A DNA stretch of 64,000 bases from Macrostomum lignano. Its lineage: Eukaryota. The stretch spans positions 1 to 64,000 of the forward strand of contig NIVC01001476.1 in assembly GCA_002269645.1 (NCBI GenBank), given 5' to 3'. Position 1 is the first letter of the stretch. Each line of letters begins with the position of its first letter. A program made the position numbers and the translations under genes. The notes below the pieces were generated by a model. It saw nothing but the letters and a program-made list of their open reading frames with translations. It was not told where the DNA came from and made no database searches. Below are positions 51,812-64,000 of the stretch, piece after piece.

Positions 51812-52366
51812 GAGAGAGGGGGGAGCAGAGAGAAATGAGAAGAGATAAGAGAGAAAAGATAAAAGAAGAGAAAGGAAAGATGAGAGAGCAAAGACGAGAA
51901 AGAAAAGAGGTGAGGGAAGAGACAAGAGAAGAGGGGAGAGATGAGAGAGTAGAGGAGAGAGTTAAGAGAAGAGAGAGAAGAATAGAAAGGAGAAAGAAGA
52001 TAAGAGAGAAGAGGGAGTGAGAGGAGAGAGGAGAGGGAGAGAGAGGAGGGAGATGAGAGGAAACAAAGAGACGATAGAAATTTTAAAGGATCCAAGGGAC
52101 GTAGGGAGAGTCAGGGAGAGACCAGAGTTTAGCAATATATGTTTTAGAGTCAGACAGACATTGCCTGACATTCTGCGCAGTACCCCAGCCAACAATGTCT
52201 CAAACCCTAATTTTACACGAATGTGCTCCATTTTATGTCTACCTCTATCCTACTAACTATTAACAAGTTTTTGTTTGTGTATGGCCTTAGATTTCAGAAT
52301 ACATGCAAAAGTAGTTCCGGGTATTGGAATTCCCCGGGTTCAAAATCTGCGGGTTTCAACAGCTTG
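49778..52366 (+). mobile_element. Non-autonomous Helitron-like element, copy 2, head-to-tail with copy 1
   Basis: Same 5' and 3' ends; junction CAGCTTG|TCTCTAAC; diverged from copy 1. Confidence 0.75.
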
Positions 52367-54809
52367 TTATTAATATAAAATGCACATTTTGTAGGGCTCT
52401 CTTATAAGCAAATGATGGCTTAGTGGATATGTCAATTGCCTTGTGATTGTGTATAGCCTAGGAAGGTTCAAATCCTAAGAGGTTAGCATTTTTTTAATTT
52501 AAATTATTTTAACAAACAGAATTTTTCCTATCTTGAACTTTTTAAGTTTTTTAATTAAAATAAAATAATAACTTAAATTAATTTTTTAATAAAAGTAATT
52601 TGCTTAATCTTAATGTGTAGCCACAAGTATATATGTAGCTATATGCCTATATCTGTAAGTATATCTGTGACTGTAAGTACTGCTAGCCTAGATAGGGCCA
52701 GTAAGTATTCAAACTTATAGATTATTACAATTTTTATATTATAAGAAGTTTGCCACATTTTTGTTCATGCTCTTCAGTTATTGCTAGATTTTTATTTATT
52801 TTCAAGTTGCTTAATTACACGTTTAGTAAGGCTATATAATGTTTAACTCATGACAAAGTGCAGCCAATATGTATCAAAAAAAATTATTTTTTCAGTAGCT
52901 ACATATATAATTCTGGCCGCACTTTAAGATTTAGTGTTACTCTTAAAATTTTAATTTAATTTAGTTTCTAAAAGTTTCAAATAAAAAACTCTGACCACTT
53001 GGGATTCAAACCTTTTCATACAATCATAAGGCAATTAACTTATCCACTAAGCAACCATTTGCTTATAAGAATACACAGAATACACAGCCTCACAGAATAC
53101 ACATTCTATATCAATGATTATATACATGGCAGCCATGCCTATAAGCTCCAATATTATAGACATAGCCATCTACCATGTCTATGTATGAACCCATTCAATA
53201 ATAACAACACAGCCACCCACCATATCTCTAAGTGTGAACCCATTCAATATTAATGACACAGCCACCTACCGTGTCTCTAAGTGTAAACCCATTCAATATT
53301 AACCACACAGCCGCCATGCAAGTTTCATCGACATGGCGGCCATGTCTCTAATAGTGACTAGTTCTATACTTATATATAGCCATGGTAGCTGTGTCTATAA
53401 TGTAGAAACTTGTACATATGGCAGCCGTGTCTATAAATATAGACCTAGTCACTATTAGAGACACGGCCGCCATGTCTAAGTTTTTGCATTATAGACACGC
53501 CATAGTGTCTCCAAGTGTGGCATTTAATATTTTGGTTGTATTATATTTATTTCTTATCAAAAGATAAAGAAAAATACTAAAAATGAAATTAGGCAATTGG
53601 CTATGTAGAAAATTTATATGAGACCTAGAAATTATTTATAGTAAAAATATTTTTTGGGCAAAAATTATCATAGTACAATGTCTTAATATATAAATATAGC
53701 CTTATATAGCCCTAGCCTAGGTAAAATACATTATAAAAGTTTAAAATGATTTACAATGACAAAAAGTGTCATTTTGTTTAGACAAATAAGATTTATCAAA
53801 TGGGATAAAAATAATTGTTAAAAACTTTTAAAACCTTATTGGAGTCCCTATTTATAAATAAACCCTCAAGATATTTAGATAGAATTTGTATAATTGGCAT
53901 GAAAAGCAGTTTTAACAAATTTTTAAATATCAAGTATTAGGCAAGAACTTTTGACTCTTGTTTGCAAAATTCATGAGAAATGTTTTTTGTTTATTATAGA
54001 ACTTATCATTATCCCTAAGCCTAAGAATTATTTAATTAGGTCTAACCTTTAGGCATTAATTAGGCATTTTTACAACTTACCCCTGGTCTACCACAATTTA
54101 CGGTGACCAGATCAAGCCAGATTGGCCAGCAGTTGCGCATGTATGCCATATAGTAACAAAAAAACAATGGGTTTATTTTTTGGGCCATATGGGGTTTTTT
54201 GGCCCCTTGAAAATCTTATTAGCAATTTAATTTTTGGTATCAGAGACCAATCTGGCAACTTTATTTTCCCCATGCCAGTTGCCAATCAAGGTGATTTTGA
54301 AAGTGTAATAAATGTGCCATATAAATCTAAGTTGTGGCAAATAGTCATCACAATATACTAAATCTCTTAGATCCAACTGGTATTTCAGTCTAAAACCTGA
54401 ATGCCTGAACCGATTTTTTCAAACTTGCTTTATTTAATTGGAAATTCTTGTGAGATTATGTGGGTGTAATTGCATTTAAAAAATTGAATCGGAAGATGGT
54501 TAAGTATTTGAAAAACTTCTTGCAGTTTTCTTGCAATATTTTCTTGCAGTGAGGGCTCAATATGTCTATGGCTATAGACTAAACTTCAACTTCTTGAGCT
54601 GAGGCTACACTATAAATAATTACATATGAGTATTTGAAAACATGCTTTTTTGCATAAAGGAGAGAATCAGCCAGTGCACTTTAAAAGTATTGAAGTATTG
54701 TGCAACTGTGTATAGGCCTTACTGCTATATAGCACTCAATGTGTATATCACTGCTATGACTGCAGTGCCAAAGCATATATGGCTAATGCTAAAAATGATC
54801 TGGATTGCT

Positions 54810-55065
54810 TGCTGTCTGAGGAATGCTTGCTGTCTGGGAGATGCTTGCAGTCTGGGAGATGCTGCTATCTAGGAGATGCTTGCTGTCTAGGGGATGCTTG
54901 CTGTTTGGGGGATTGCTTGCTATTTGGGAGATGCTTGCTATCTGGGAGTTGCTTGCTATCTGGGAAATGCTTGCTATCTGGGAGATGCTTGCTATCTGGG
55001 AGATGCTTGCTGTCTAAGGAATGCTTGCTGTCTGGGGGATGCTTGCTTTCTGGGGGATTCTTTGA
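54810..55065 (+). repeat. 18-nt minisatellite (ggagatgcttgctatctg)
   Basis: Tandem units; same family as 61850-62170 in the opposite orientation. Confidence 0.9.
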
Positions 55066-55739
55066 GTTAGGCTAATAAAGAAAGGTCTAAGGCCCTGAGC
55101 TCCTGCTGTAGACCAGAATATGCCCCAGTCAGTGACAATATACACTAAGAGTTTGTGCTTGAAAGGATAAGCACTATTTGCTAATTGAGAATGGGTTTTG
55201 GGTTGATGAAAGAAACTTTTTTGGCTGATGAAAGTTTTGATTCATGGCAATTTGGTGTCATTTTTAAGGCCCTGCCTCCCCCACCCCCAGCAGGGGGCTA
55301 AATGGCTAGTAAGTTGCTAAAATTGACAATGTCAGTAACAAGTCCCAGACAATCTCATTCCCATAGTCATATAGTGCATATATGTTTAATGAGCCTTGGA
55401 AATATATCCTTGAGAATTTGGCTAGTTGCTAATATGCAACCAAAAATAACCATTGGTAACTGGATTTTGAGCCCCAAGGGCCAGCTGGCAACTGAATTTC
55501 CAACCTAACCTAGACAACAACTAGACACAGTCTAATTTTTAGCAATAAATCTTTTACCAATGGGTATTTGGATACAAAAACGCGAGAAACTGTGTCCTAC
55601 ATATGCAATGCAAAACTTAAGCAAGAAAAATGTAGTCTCTGCCACATACAATAACTTGGCCAATGTGGGTGATCAGCTTGTCCAGTTCCTTTCGAAAAAT
55701 AGATTTTTCTGTCCATCTCAAACATTATAAAGCTGCTTC

Positions 55740-56480
55740 TTTAACCATTGCTGGGTCTTGAAAATGCACCTGGCTTAGGCTGTTCTTGATGTGGTTGTCT
55801 AGCCAGCAGTCACACAAATTCAAAGCAGGGGAGTAAGGGGGCTGATTAAGGATCTCCACTTGTTGATTTATAATGGAGTCTTGCACAGACTATTTAACAT
55901 ATGGTTGAGCATTGTCATGCTACCATACCAATTCATTAAGATATATAGAACAACTTCTCAGAGAATGCCATTTGTTGCCCATACTTTGAACAAACTGGGT
56001 ATACAGGTCACCATCAAGGCTCTTTCTGTATGGCAGTGCTTGAACACAAAAATCTTTATTGCCAGTGAAAACAATGCCCAACATGCATTTCAAAGGTGTT
56101 AGCTTGCTGGTAGGAACCTGTGGTTAGGCTGTATCAACCAATATCTAAGCCTAAGCATCCTTCTGTATGAACTCTATATCATATCAAACCCATATCTTAT
56201 CCTCAACAGTGTAGATGTTGTTTTGCTGCTCACCTAATCTCACAAAACAGTCCTTGATAATGGCTGCATGCAGTCTCCTCTGCTCCATCTGCTGTGCTAT
56301 CAGAATCTTTGGTACCCAGAAAGAAGCAACATCATGAAATTTCAGGATATCTATCAGGATTCTGTAGATATTTGTAGTAGGTATCTCAGTCTTCAAAAAT
56401 CTCTCACACAGTGATATGCAGATCATCACTGACAAGCATCAAAATTTCTTGCAACCTGTCATCCCAACTTGCAGAAACAG
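55740..56480 (-). pseudogene. Degenerate mariner transposase
   Basis: WVPKIL (WVPHEL-like), TVEDKIWV, HDNAQP and PPYSPALNLCD motifs, with stops and frameshifts. Confidence 0.8.
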
Positions 56481-57485
56481 GCTAGCCACATTGGGGCAGG
56501 TCTTCAAATTATGTCTATCTTCTAGATTTATAAATCTACCAGCCAGTTTTTGATGGTGGCATAGCATGGTGCTTAGTCATTCCAACTCTGACTTAGTATA
56601 CAGTTAATTTTTGCAGCATTCTTGCCAAGTTGCTATTCTATATAAGCAAAAAACTGGGCCTTTTCCTTATTGTAACTCATTTCATTATTTCACTCATTTC
56701 ATCTATAGAAAAGTATGATAGGCAACTTAGAAACAGAAAGACAACTACTAACTTTAGGCACCAGTAAAAAATGCTTTGAAACCACAGCTCTGGTTAGAGT
56801 TTGTGACCATAGAAATTTAGGTTGAAGTACACATTGCACTATAGAAGCTAGGCTTCACATTCTTCCTGATAGATTTTAAATATTCAACTGAGAGCCCAAA
56901 CTCTACATAGCTGCTTGGCCTATATACATGTGCTTGTGTATAATTTTTCATTCATTTGTATACTTGTACTGCAGTTTAGAAGTTACTATATGGGCTAAAT
57001 ACTTTTGGAACACAATATTATTATCATCATAAGTCCCTAGCCATTATGTCCATTGATACACATTTTTAAATAATGACTTTTCTTGACCATCTTTAGTCTA
57101 AAGAAATTTTTCTTAGCTATACTTGGCCTTAGCCTTTTTTCTATTTCATTCTTTCAATTGCCTATCTAATCATTTGTGGCTTGCCTTTATTTCCTTATTT
57201 CTCAACCTTAAAAATAATATTTAACTATTGCCTTTAATATTCTATCACTTCTTGCAATATGCCTAAAGAAATGGAAATTCTTTTTTACATTAGATCTATA
57301 AAGTATTTCATTTCCTTTTTGTAGATTCTTGTCATTTCTTTTTTAATTTAAGTATTTCCCAGGAAAGGCCTTGCATCCTTCTATAGGTAGGTCTTCATAC
57401 CAAAATGACAAAAGCTCTTAGTTGCTTTTTTCTATTTTTTATTTAGCTTTCTTATATATAGCAAAAAGTTTCCATGACCTATCAC

Positions 57486-57771
57486 CATACATGCGCAACA
57501 GTCGGCCAAGTTGGCCGATCCAGCCAACTGATTTGGCAGCCAACCAAGGAAGTTGCAAAAATGCCCATCTGAAAAAACACCTAAGTAGTAGTACTAAGTA
57601 TCTGACAAGGCATTTTGGCTTAATAGTTACTCCTGCCATTTACCCAAAGTTGCGTTAATTTTGCTTTAGGGTTTTTTTACATGTAAGTCACATTTTGGCC
57701 AAGAACTATGTCGCATTTTTGTTAAAACTAAGTTGCACGGCCAACCAAATTTTGGAGGTTGCACATGTATG
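57486..57771. mobile_element. hAT-type MITE, copy 2
   Basis: TIR CATACATGCGCAAC/GTTGCACATGTATG; TSD cctatcac/cctattac. Confidence 0.85.
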
Positions 57772-58899
57772 CCTATTACTATGAAACTCAGTAGTATTTT
57801 ATTTTATAGATATTTTTTGCTCTAAATATTGTCTAGTTTTGCCAGTGTATTTGTAACTCATCTAATCTATATCCTTTAGTGCTAATTTTAGTGCTAATTA
57901 CAATTCTGTATCTTAAAGCAGTTTCCTCAAGTTTTTATAAATCTAGCTATAGAGCATTTGTATCTTTTAGATATAATATTATTAGCAAATGAAAGATCAT
58001 TTTTCATGTTTATGCATCTTTTATGCATATGCATGTATAGTAGTATAAAGTTGTTTTTAACATTATTGAAGGTTCTATAGTTATTATACAGGGTAGCCCA
58101 CATAATGTGCCTGGTTTAAAGTAAAAAATTAATAACTTTGTCATTTGCAACCAATGTTGACAAAACTTTAGCATATTGTTGCCCACAAGTATAATATTAT
58201 ATTTGCAAAATTTATGCACAAAAGCACTCACATACATCCACATGCAAAGCAAGGTGAATGTGGCATGCCTGCAGCTTGCTTTTTTAACATTCAAATTTGG
58301 ACCTCCATTTGTATGGTGTACTTCCAACAAGTACAATTGATCTTTTTGGTATAATGATAATAATCTTATAGTGACAACTGACAATAATATTATCTGCCTA
58401 CTGACTTGGCTACTTTCTTGTCTTCAGCACCTTGTTGCAAAGAATCAGAGCTTATGCAACATTTTTGCTATGATTTAGCTGCCCATATTTAAAAAAACAT
58501 TTAGCTTTTGATCTTATATTATAACTATTGTTTCTTTCTTAAGGAGAATGATGTTTGATGCATCTACCTTGAAAATGAAAGCCAGCCATCTAGCTTAAGA
58601 TATCAGCATCACTTTGGAGCTTTGCCATCAAAGCCTCTTTTAAAGCCATGGCTTAATCCTAACTGTTACTTTCCATTTGATGTTTGGCCTACCATAGTAT
58701 TTCAGCAATCCCTCTCGAGTCTTTACTTCTTAGCCATTCCCCCATGAGTCTTGATAGCTAAGCCTTTTCCCGAATGACCTTGAAATTTAGATACTATGAG
58801 TTACATGTCTAGCCTGTTAGCATTTATTTGTGTATAATGCTTGTCTAGAAATAATATCGAATTCGAAAACTTTGGAATTCATGTCAACTCAATGTTGCA

Positions 58900-59277
58900 A
58901 TGTCCTCTGGACCAATCATTACTAAAGTTCAATGGGGCTCTATACTGGTGAGTGGCAAGGACAGGCCCTACAAAGATGCTAAAGTTTGGCCAACAGGCAG
59001 TCGCGCTTGGGACTGGTCTGAGACAGGCACCTCGCATAACCCCGGGGTTCAACCAACTGACCTAGATGAACTGTTTGACAAAAGCCACTACTTGGACGCT
59101 TTGGTGATCTCCCGCGGCATGGAGCTGGTGTTGCAAGTTCCTGAGAGTACTGTTCTGTATGCCAAGGAGCGATGCGCTCAGGTCTTTGTACTGCAGACTG
59201 AGGAGGCTGTCTTTAAATACAACGAGCTGGTGCGCGAGGGCCAGAGAGTTGCTGGATTATTCCACTCCACCTGCTGA
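58900..59277 (+). CDS. AAMDC: Mth938 domain-containing protein, intronless CDS
   Basis: WGSILV..YKDAKVWPTGSRAWDW.ETGT.H.PGVQP..LVISRGM..LQT..AV..YN.L...V.GLFHSTC. Confidence 0.96.
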   Translation: MSSGPIITKVQWGSILVSGKDRPYKDAKVWPTGSRAWDWSETGTSHNPGVQPTDLDELFDKSHYLDALVISRGMELVLQVPESTVLYAKERCAQVFVLQTEEAVFKYNELVREGQRVAGLFHSTC

Positions 59278-61849
59278 TAGTGCTTGATTCATTATTGAGT
59301 CTTTTAGCATCTTCATGCTAAAATCCTGCCATGCACCATGTAGCCTAGCTTCTTGCTGTGAGTCTAATCAACTTAACTCAGTGTAATAAATTGCTTTTTT
59401 GCTGTTTTACTTCATGGTTTTGGTTAAAAAGTTAAGCTTTAAAGACTCTACTGCACTAGCTATCTATTTTATTCTGTCCTGTTCAGAAACTAACCTATAC
59501 ATGTAGCTGTTCGAACAACCTATTTTGTTGTTTGAGTACCCTCATCATAGTTCCAGATTGGAGCTCAGAATTTGGGTCTGCTGGCTCTTCCCACATGCAA
59601 GTACTTAAAGGTGTTGCTGCTTTTGCGGTCCTTCATAACACATCGCTTTTTACAAACTCTGGAATTATATTTTTACCAAAAGTATATATCTGAAATTCTT
59701 TAATTTTTTTATAAATACTCACGTGCCCACCAGATTGTTTTCTAACGCCTGAGTTGATCAAGAACATGCGCGTAAGTCCACTTCTCCGAACTGATTTTTT
59801 TCCTGTGAAGCAGTTTTAAAACCTTGGTAGTGAGGAAGTGATCTTAATTTGAGCATGTTATGCTCAATGTTATTTTTTAGTCTAATGCGAACTTCAGAAA
59901 AGTTTTCTATCAGGAAAGTACAGCTCATGCTTGTGCGGCAGTAATAAAGATCCTATTGCGTGAAGCGAACACCAATGAAATGCGTTATAGAAATCATATA
60001 TATACTAGCGTTCAGTGAGAATGAAGCCTGTCCGCCCTCGTCCCTTAGTCCCCTCTCGCCCTCCTGCGCTCGTGTCCTCGCCCCCTTGCCGCACCCGGCT
60101 CTCCGCCTCTTCGCCTCCTCAACTGCTCCGCTAGCTTGCCTCAAGAATCGAGCCTGAACTCTGCTATTCTGATCTAACAAAGAGATAAATCTGGACAAAC
60201 GTCAATTCGTGCAACAGTATCGATAAGTATCCTGTGGCTCTATTTTCACAGAATTGCTTAACAAATTTGCGAGATCAATGTCCTATAAAAAATTGCAACC
60301 AACATGAATTAGTAATAAACATCCTTGTTGAAGGTTAGAGATCGAGAGAAGCAAATCGCGAACCTTTATTTGTTTTAGTCGTTATCAGCTGCTTTCAAAC
60401 GGCATACATTCATGTAATACAGCTGCAGTATGCACATGTAAATGGATTCATTGTGCAATTTACTGTATAAGAACCAAAAAACAGTTTCTCTATAATTAAT
60501 GGAAATACTGAACAAGAATTATATGGGAGCTACATGTATGAAGTTTGCTACTACAATGTAGCAGGAATTTTGCTAGTAGCGATTGGACTTCGCACGGAAT
60601 ATAGCTAGATATTCTAGCTCTTTGATATTGATTATGTTTTACCGCAGAAGGCAGGTACTTAAAGTTTTAACATACATACCACTCTCAGCCTAAGTATACA
60701 AGCTGGTAGTGACCGCACGAGCTAGAAGCTTTAATACGATCGTACAACATGTACGGATCAGAGTTGGCTGACTAACTTTGTCAATAAGCAAACACACTAA
60801 GAGAACAAGGCACCAAGTTCGGCTAGCAAAATCCTTGCTATAAAATTCCTTCTTGTAAGCTTCGGCTAGCAAACTACGGCTAGAATATTTCGGCAAGCAA
60901 ATTTCTCGACGGCATTTAATTGGGCTAGCTATAGCATATCGATCGTGCCTGCACCCAAGAAAAAAACATGCCGGACTTTAAAATAAGACACATTTAATTC
61001 TCATAACGCTATCGATTTTCAGTATGGAGCTTCTATCAACACTAAGAGCGTTTTTAGGCCAGGCCAGGAACATCTGAAGCCATAAATGACCATGAGGTTC
61101 TGTTCTGGCTAATTTTTACGACGTGCTAACAGAATAAATGAAATTAAAATTAAAATCCAGAAAACGTACGAAAAATTTATAATAGTCGTAGCTGTTTAAT
61201 TTAGGTATCTAAAAAACTTAAAAAAGTTACCTTTGACGATAACAACTTGTTTTAACTTTTGTAAGAGTAAATTATTTTCAAAAAAATGAAATCTGACGAG
61301 TTATAGAATATAAAGGTCCCTCGATAAACCTCTTTCCTTACGATATTTTCCAAACTTGACCGCTAAAATACCATACAATTGGAACTAAAATATATCAATT
61401 GCGTAAGAGCCCCCCTCCCAGGGCTGAGCCACAGGGCCTTTGCTTGCCCATTACTTATAAACTGAACTGAACTTTCTTTACGAGAAAGGAATGATCAATG
61501 TTCCGGAGCATCGATTGGCAGGAAAATAGAAGGAATTGCACGTTTTTACATATTTACTACAAGCGTAATTGTGCAAATTTTAGAAAATTTTCGATCTCGT
61601 AAATTAGGTTCTACTTCTAGGGCTAGGCCAGGCCTACTAATCAAAAATTTCCAAGTTATATGAAAGATGGTTCCTTGTAGAATTGTTGTCAGTTTTAGTC
61701 AGCTACTAGCAATCTTTGCCCCCCGATGGGGGACATCTGGATAGAATCTCTGTTCTCTACAAGTAACAAAAAGACAGCCAAATAAAGCCTTCACAAAGAC
61801 AACAGACAAATTGCTCAAATGAAGTGCAATGCAAAAAGAAATCATCCCA

Positions 61850-62170
61850 AGACAGCAAGCATCCCCCAGATATCAAGCATTCCCCAGATAGCAAGCATCC
61901 CCCAGATAGCAAGCACCCCCAGATAGCAAGCACCCCCAGATAGCAAGCACCCCCAGATAGCAAGCACCCCCAGATAGCAAGCATCCCCAGATAGCAAGCT
62001 TCCCCAGATATCAAGCATTCCCCAGATAGCAAGCATCCCCCAGATAGCAAGCACCCCCAGATAGCACGCACCCCCAGATAGCAAGCATCCCTCAGATAGC
62101 AAGCACCCCAGATAGAAAGAACCCCCAGATAGCAAGTATCTATCCTTAAATAGCAAGCATCCACCAGACA
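61850..62170 (-). repeat. 17-19-nt minisatellite (ccccagatagcaagca)
   Basis: Reverse complement of the 54810-55065 family. Confidence 0.9.
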
Positions 62171-62269
62171 AAAAGTATATAGTGCAACATTTCCTTTTAG
62201 CTTTCTAGGGGCTCCTTTATGATTGGCATGACGCTTCTTATTACGTTTAAAAATGTCTCTCCTGTGTTT

Positions 62270-64000
62270 GAAATGGTGACTATTTTATGTTTGAATTGGT
62301 GGCTTTTTAATGTTTGGCATGGTGACTCTTTAATGTTCTACATGGTGGCTCTTTAATGTTTGACATCGTGCCAGTTTTATGTTTGTCATGGTGGCTCCTT
62401 AATGTTAGAAAGGGTGGCTCTTTAATGTTTGACATGGAGTCACATATATGTTTCACATGGTGGCTCTTCTATGTCTAACTTGGTAGCTCTTTTATGTTTG
62501 ACATCGTGGCTCGTTAATGTTTGACATGGTGGCTCTTTAACGTTCGACATGGTGGCTCTTTAATGTTCGAAATGCTGGCTCTTTAATGTTTGACATGGTG
62601 GCTCTTTAATGTTCAACATGGTGGCTCTTTATTGTTTGACATGGTGGCTTTTTAATGTTTGACATGGTGTCTCTTTAATGCTCGACATTGTGGCTCTTTA
62701 ATGTTCTACATTGTGGCTCTTTAATTTTCTACATTGTTGCTCTTTAATGTTTGACATGGTGGCTTTTTAATGTTCTACATGGTGGTTCTTTAATGTTCTA
62801 CATTGTGGCTCTTTAATGTTCTACATTGTGCTCTTTAATAATTGACATTGTGGCTCTTTAATGTTCTACATTGTGGCTCTTTGATGTTCGACATGGTGGC
62901 TCTTAAATGTTCAACATGGTGGCTCTTTATTGTTTGACATGATGGCTTTTTAATGTTCGACATGGTGGCTCTTTACTGTTAGAAATGGTGGCTCTTTAAT
63001 GTTAGACATGGTGGCTCTTTAATGTTCTACATGGTGGTTCTTTAATGTTCTACACTGTGGCTCTTTAATGTTCTACATTGTGCTCTTTAATATTTGACAT
63101 TGTGGCTCTTTAATGTTCTACATTGTGGCTCTTTAATGTTCGACATGGTGGCTCTTAAATGTTCAACATGGTGGCTCTTTATTGTTTGACATGATGGCTT
63201 TTTAATGTTCGACATGGTGGCTCTTTACTGTTAGAAATGGTGGCTCTTTAATGTTCAACATGCTGGCTCTTTAATGTTTGACATGGTGGCTCTTTAATGT
63301 TCAACATGGTGGCTCTTTATTGTTTGACATGGTGGCTTTTTAATGTTTGACATGGTGTCTCTTTAATGCTTGACATTGTGGCTCTTTAATGTTCTACATT
63401 GTGGCTCTTTAATTTTCTACATTGTTGCTCTTTAATGTTTGACATGGTGGCTCTTTAATGTTCTACATGGTGGTTCTTTAATGTTCTACATTGTGGCTCT
63501 TTAATGTTCTACATTATGCTCTTTAATATTTGACATTGTGGCTCTTTAATGTTCTACATTGTGGCTCTTTAATGTTCGACATGGAGTCACATATATGCTC
63601 GACATGGTGGCTCTTTAATGTTTACATGGTGGCTCTTGAATTTTTGACATTGTAGCCTTTTAATGTTCGACATAGTGGCTCTTAAATGTTTGACATGGTG
63701 GCTCTATTATGTTTACATGGTGGCTCTTGAATTTTTGACATTGTAGCCTTTTAATGTTCGACATAATGGCTCTTTAATGTTCGACATGAAGTCACGTATA
63801 TGTTTGATATAGAGTCACATATATGTTTTACATAGTGGCTCTTTTATGTTTGACATGGTGGCTCTTTTATGTTTGAAATGGTGGCTCTTTAATGTTTGAC
63901 ATGGTGGCTCTTTAATGTTCGACATGGTGGCTCCTTTATGTTCGAGATTGTGGCTCTTTTATATTAGACATGGTGGCTCTTTAATGTTTGACATGGTGGC
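62270..64000. repeat. 23-nt satellite (catggtggctctttaatgtttga), runs off the window end
   Basis: Period of 23 nt, with variant blocks repeated at higher order. Confidence 0.95.

Noticed and set aside
47933-52256. Long Ser/Leu-rich and Arg/Glu-rich ORFs
   Set aside because: Artefacts of the AG/CT low-complexity tracts inside the Helitron-like copies.
59953-60896. GC-rich minus-strand ORFs, possibly terminal exons of a neighbouring gene
   Set aside because: No recognisable motif or confident splice chain.

Overview
This is AT-rich animal genomic DNA with GC-rich, poly-Q/poly-A host exons. The style suggests a flatworm such as Macrostomum, but that is inference only. Positions 1-14978 hold the right ~15 kb of a Polinton/Maverick (adintovirus-like) endogenous virus. 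It encodes protein-primed PolB, a VLTF3-like factor, a lectin/discoidin fibre, an adenain-like protease, minor capsid, packaging ATPase, major capsid, a free-standing HNH endonuclease and a PLA2-integrase fusion, and it ends in ...ACTACT at 14978. The top finding is an ORF-less ~326-nt group I self-splicing intron (12611-~12936). It has complete P1-P9 pairings, P5abc and a GAAA/11-nt receptor, and it interrupts the Ca-binding loop of the PLA2-integrase gene ~105 nt downstream of the HNH gene, a collaborative-homing-like arrangement. The element also carries a family of GC-rich triloop mini-hairpins, both intergenic and as 27-nt insertions in PolB, and a folded-back right terminus. The rest of the window is host DNA: an NELF-E exon, kappaB-Ras (NKIRAS), an nhl-1-like RING-NHL gene, PBX/extradenticle and AAMDC. 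These are interspersed with RTE LINE, gypsy, mariner, hAT, Crypton-like, foldback and tandem Helitron remnants and several minisatellites. All assignments are by eye from motifs; no searches were run.
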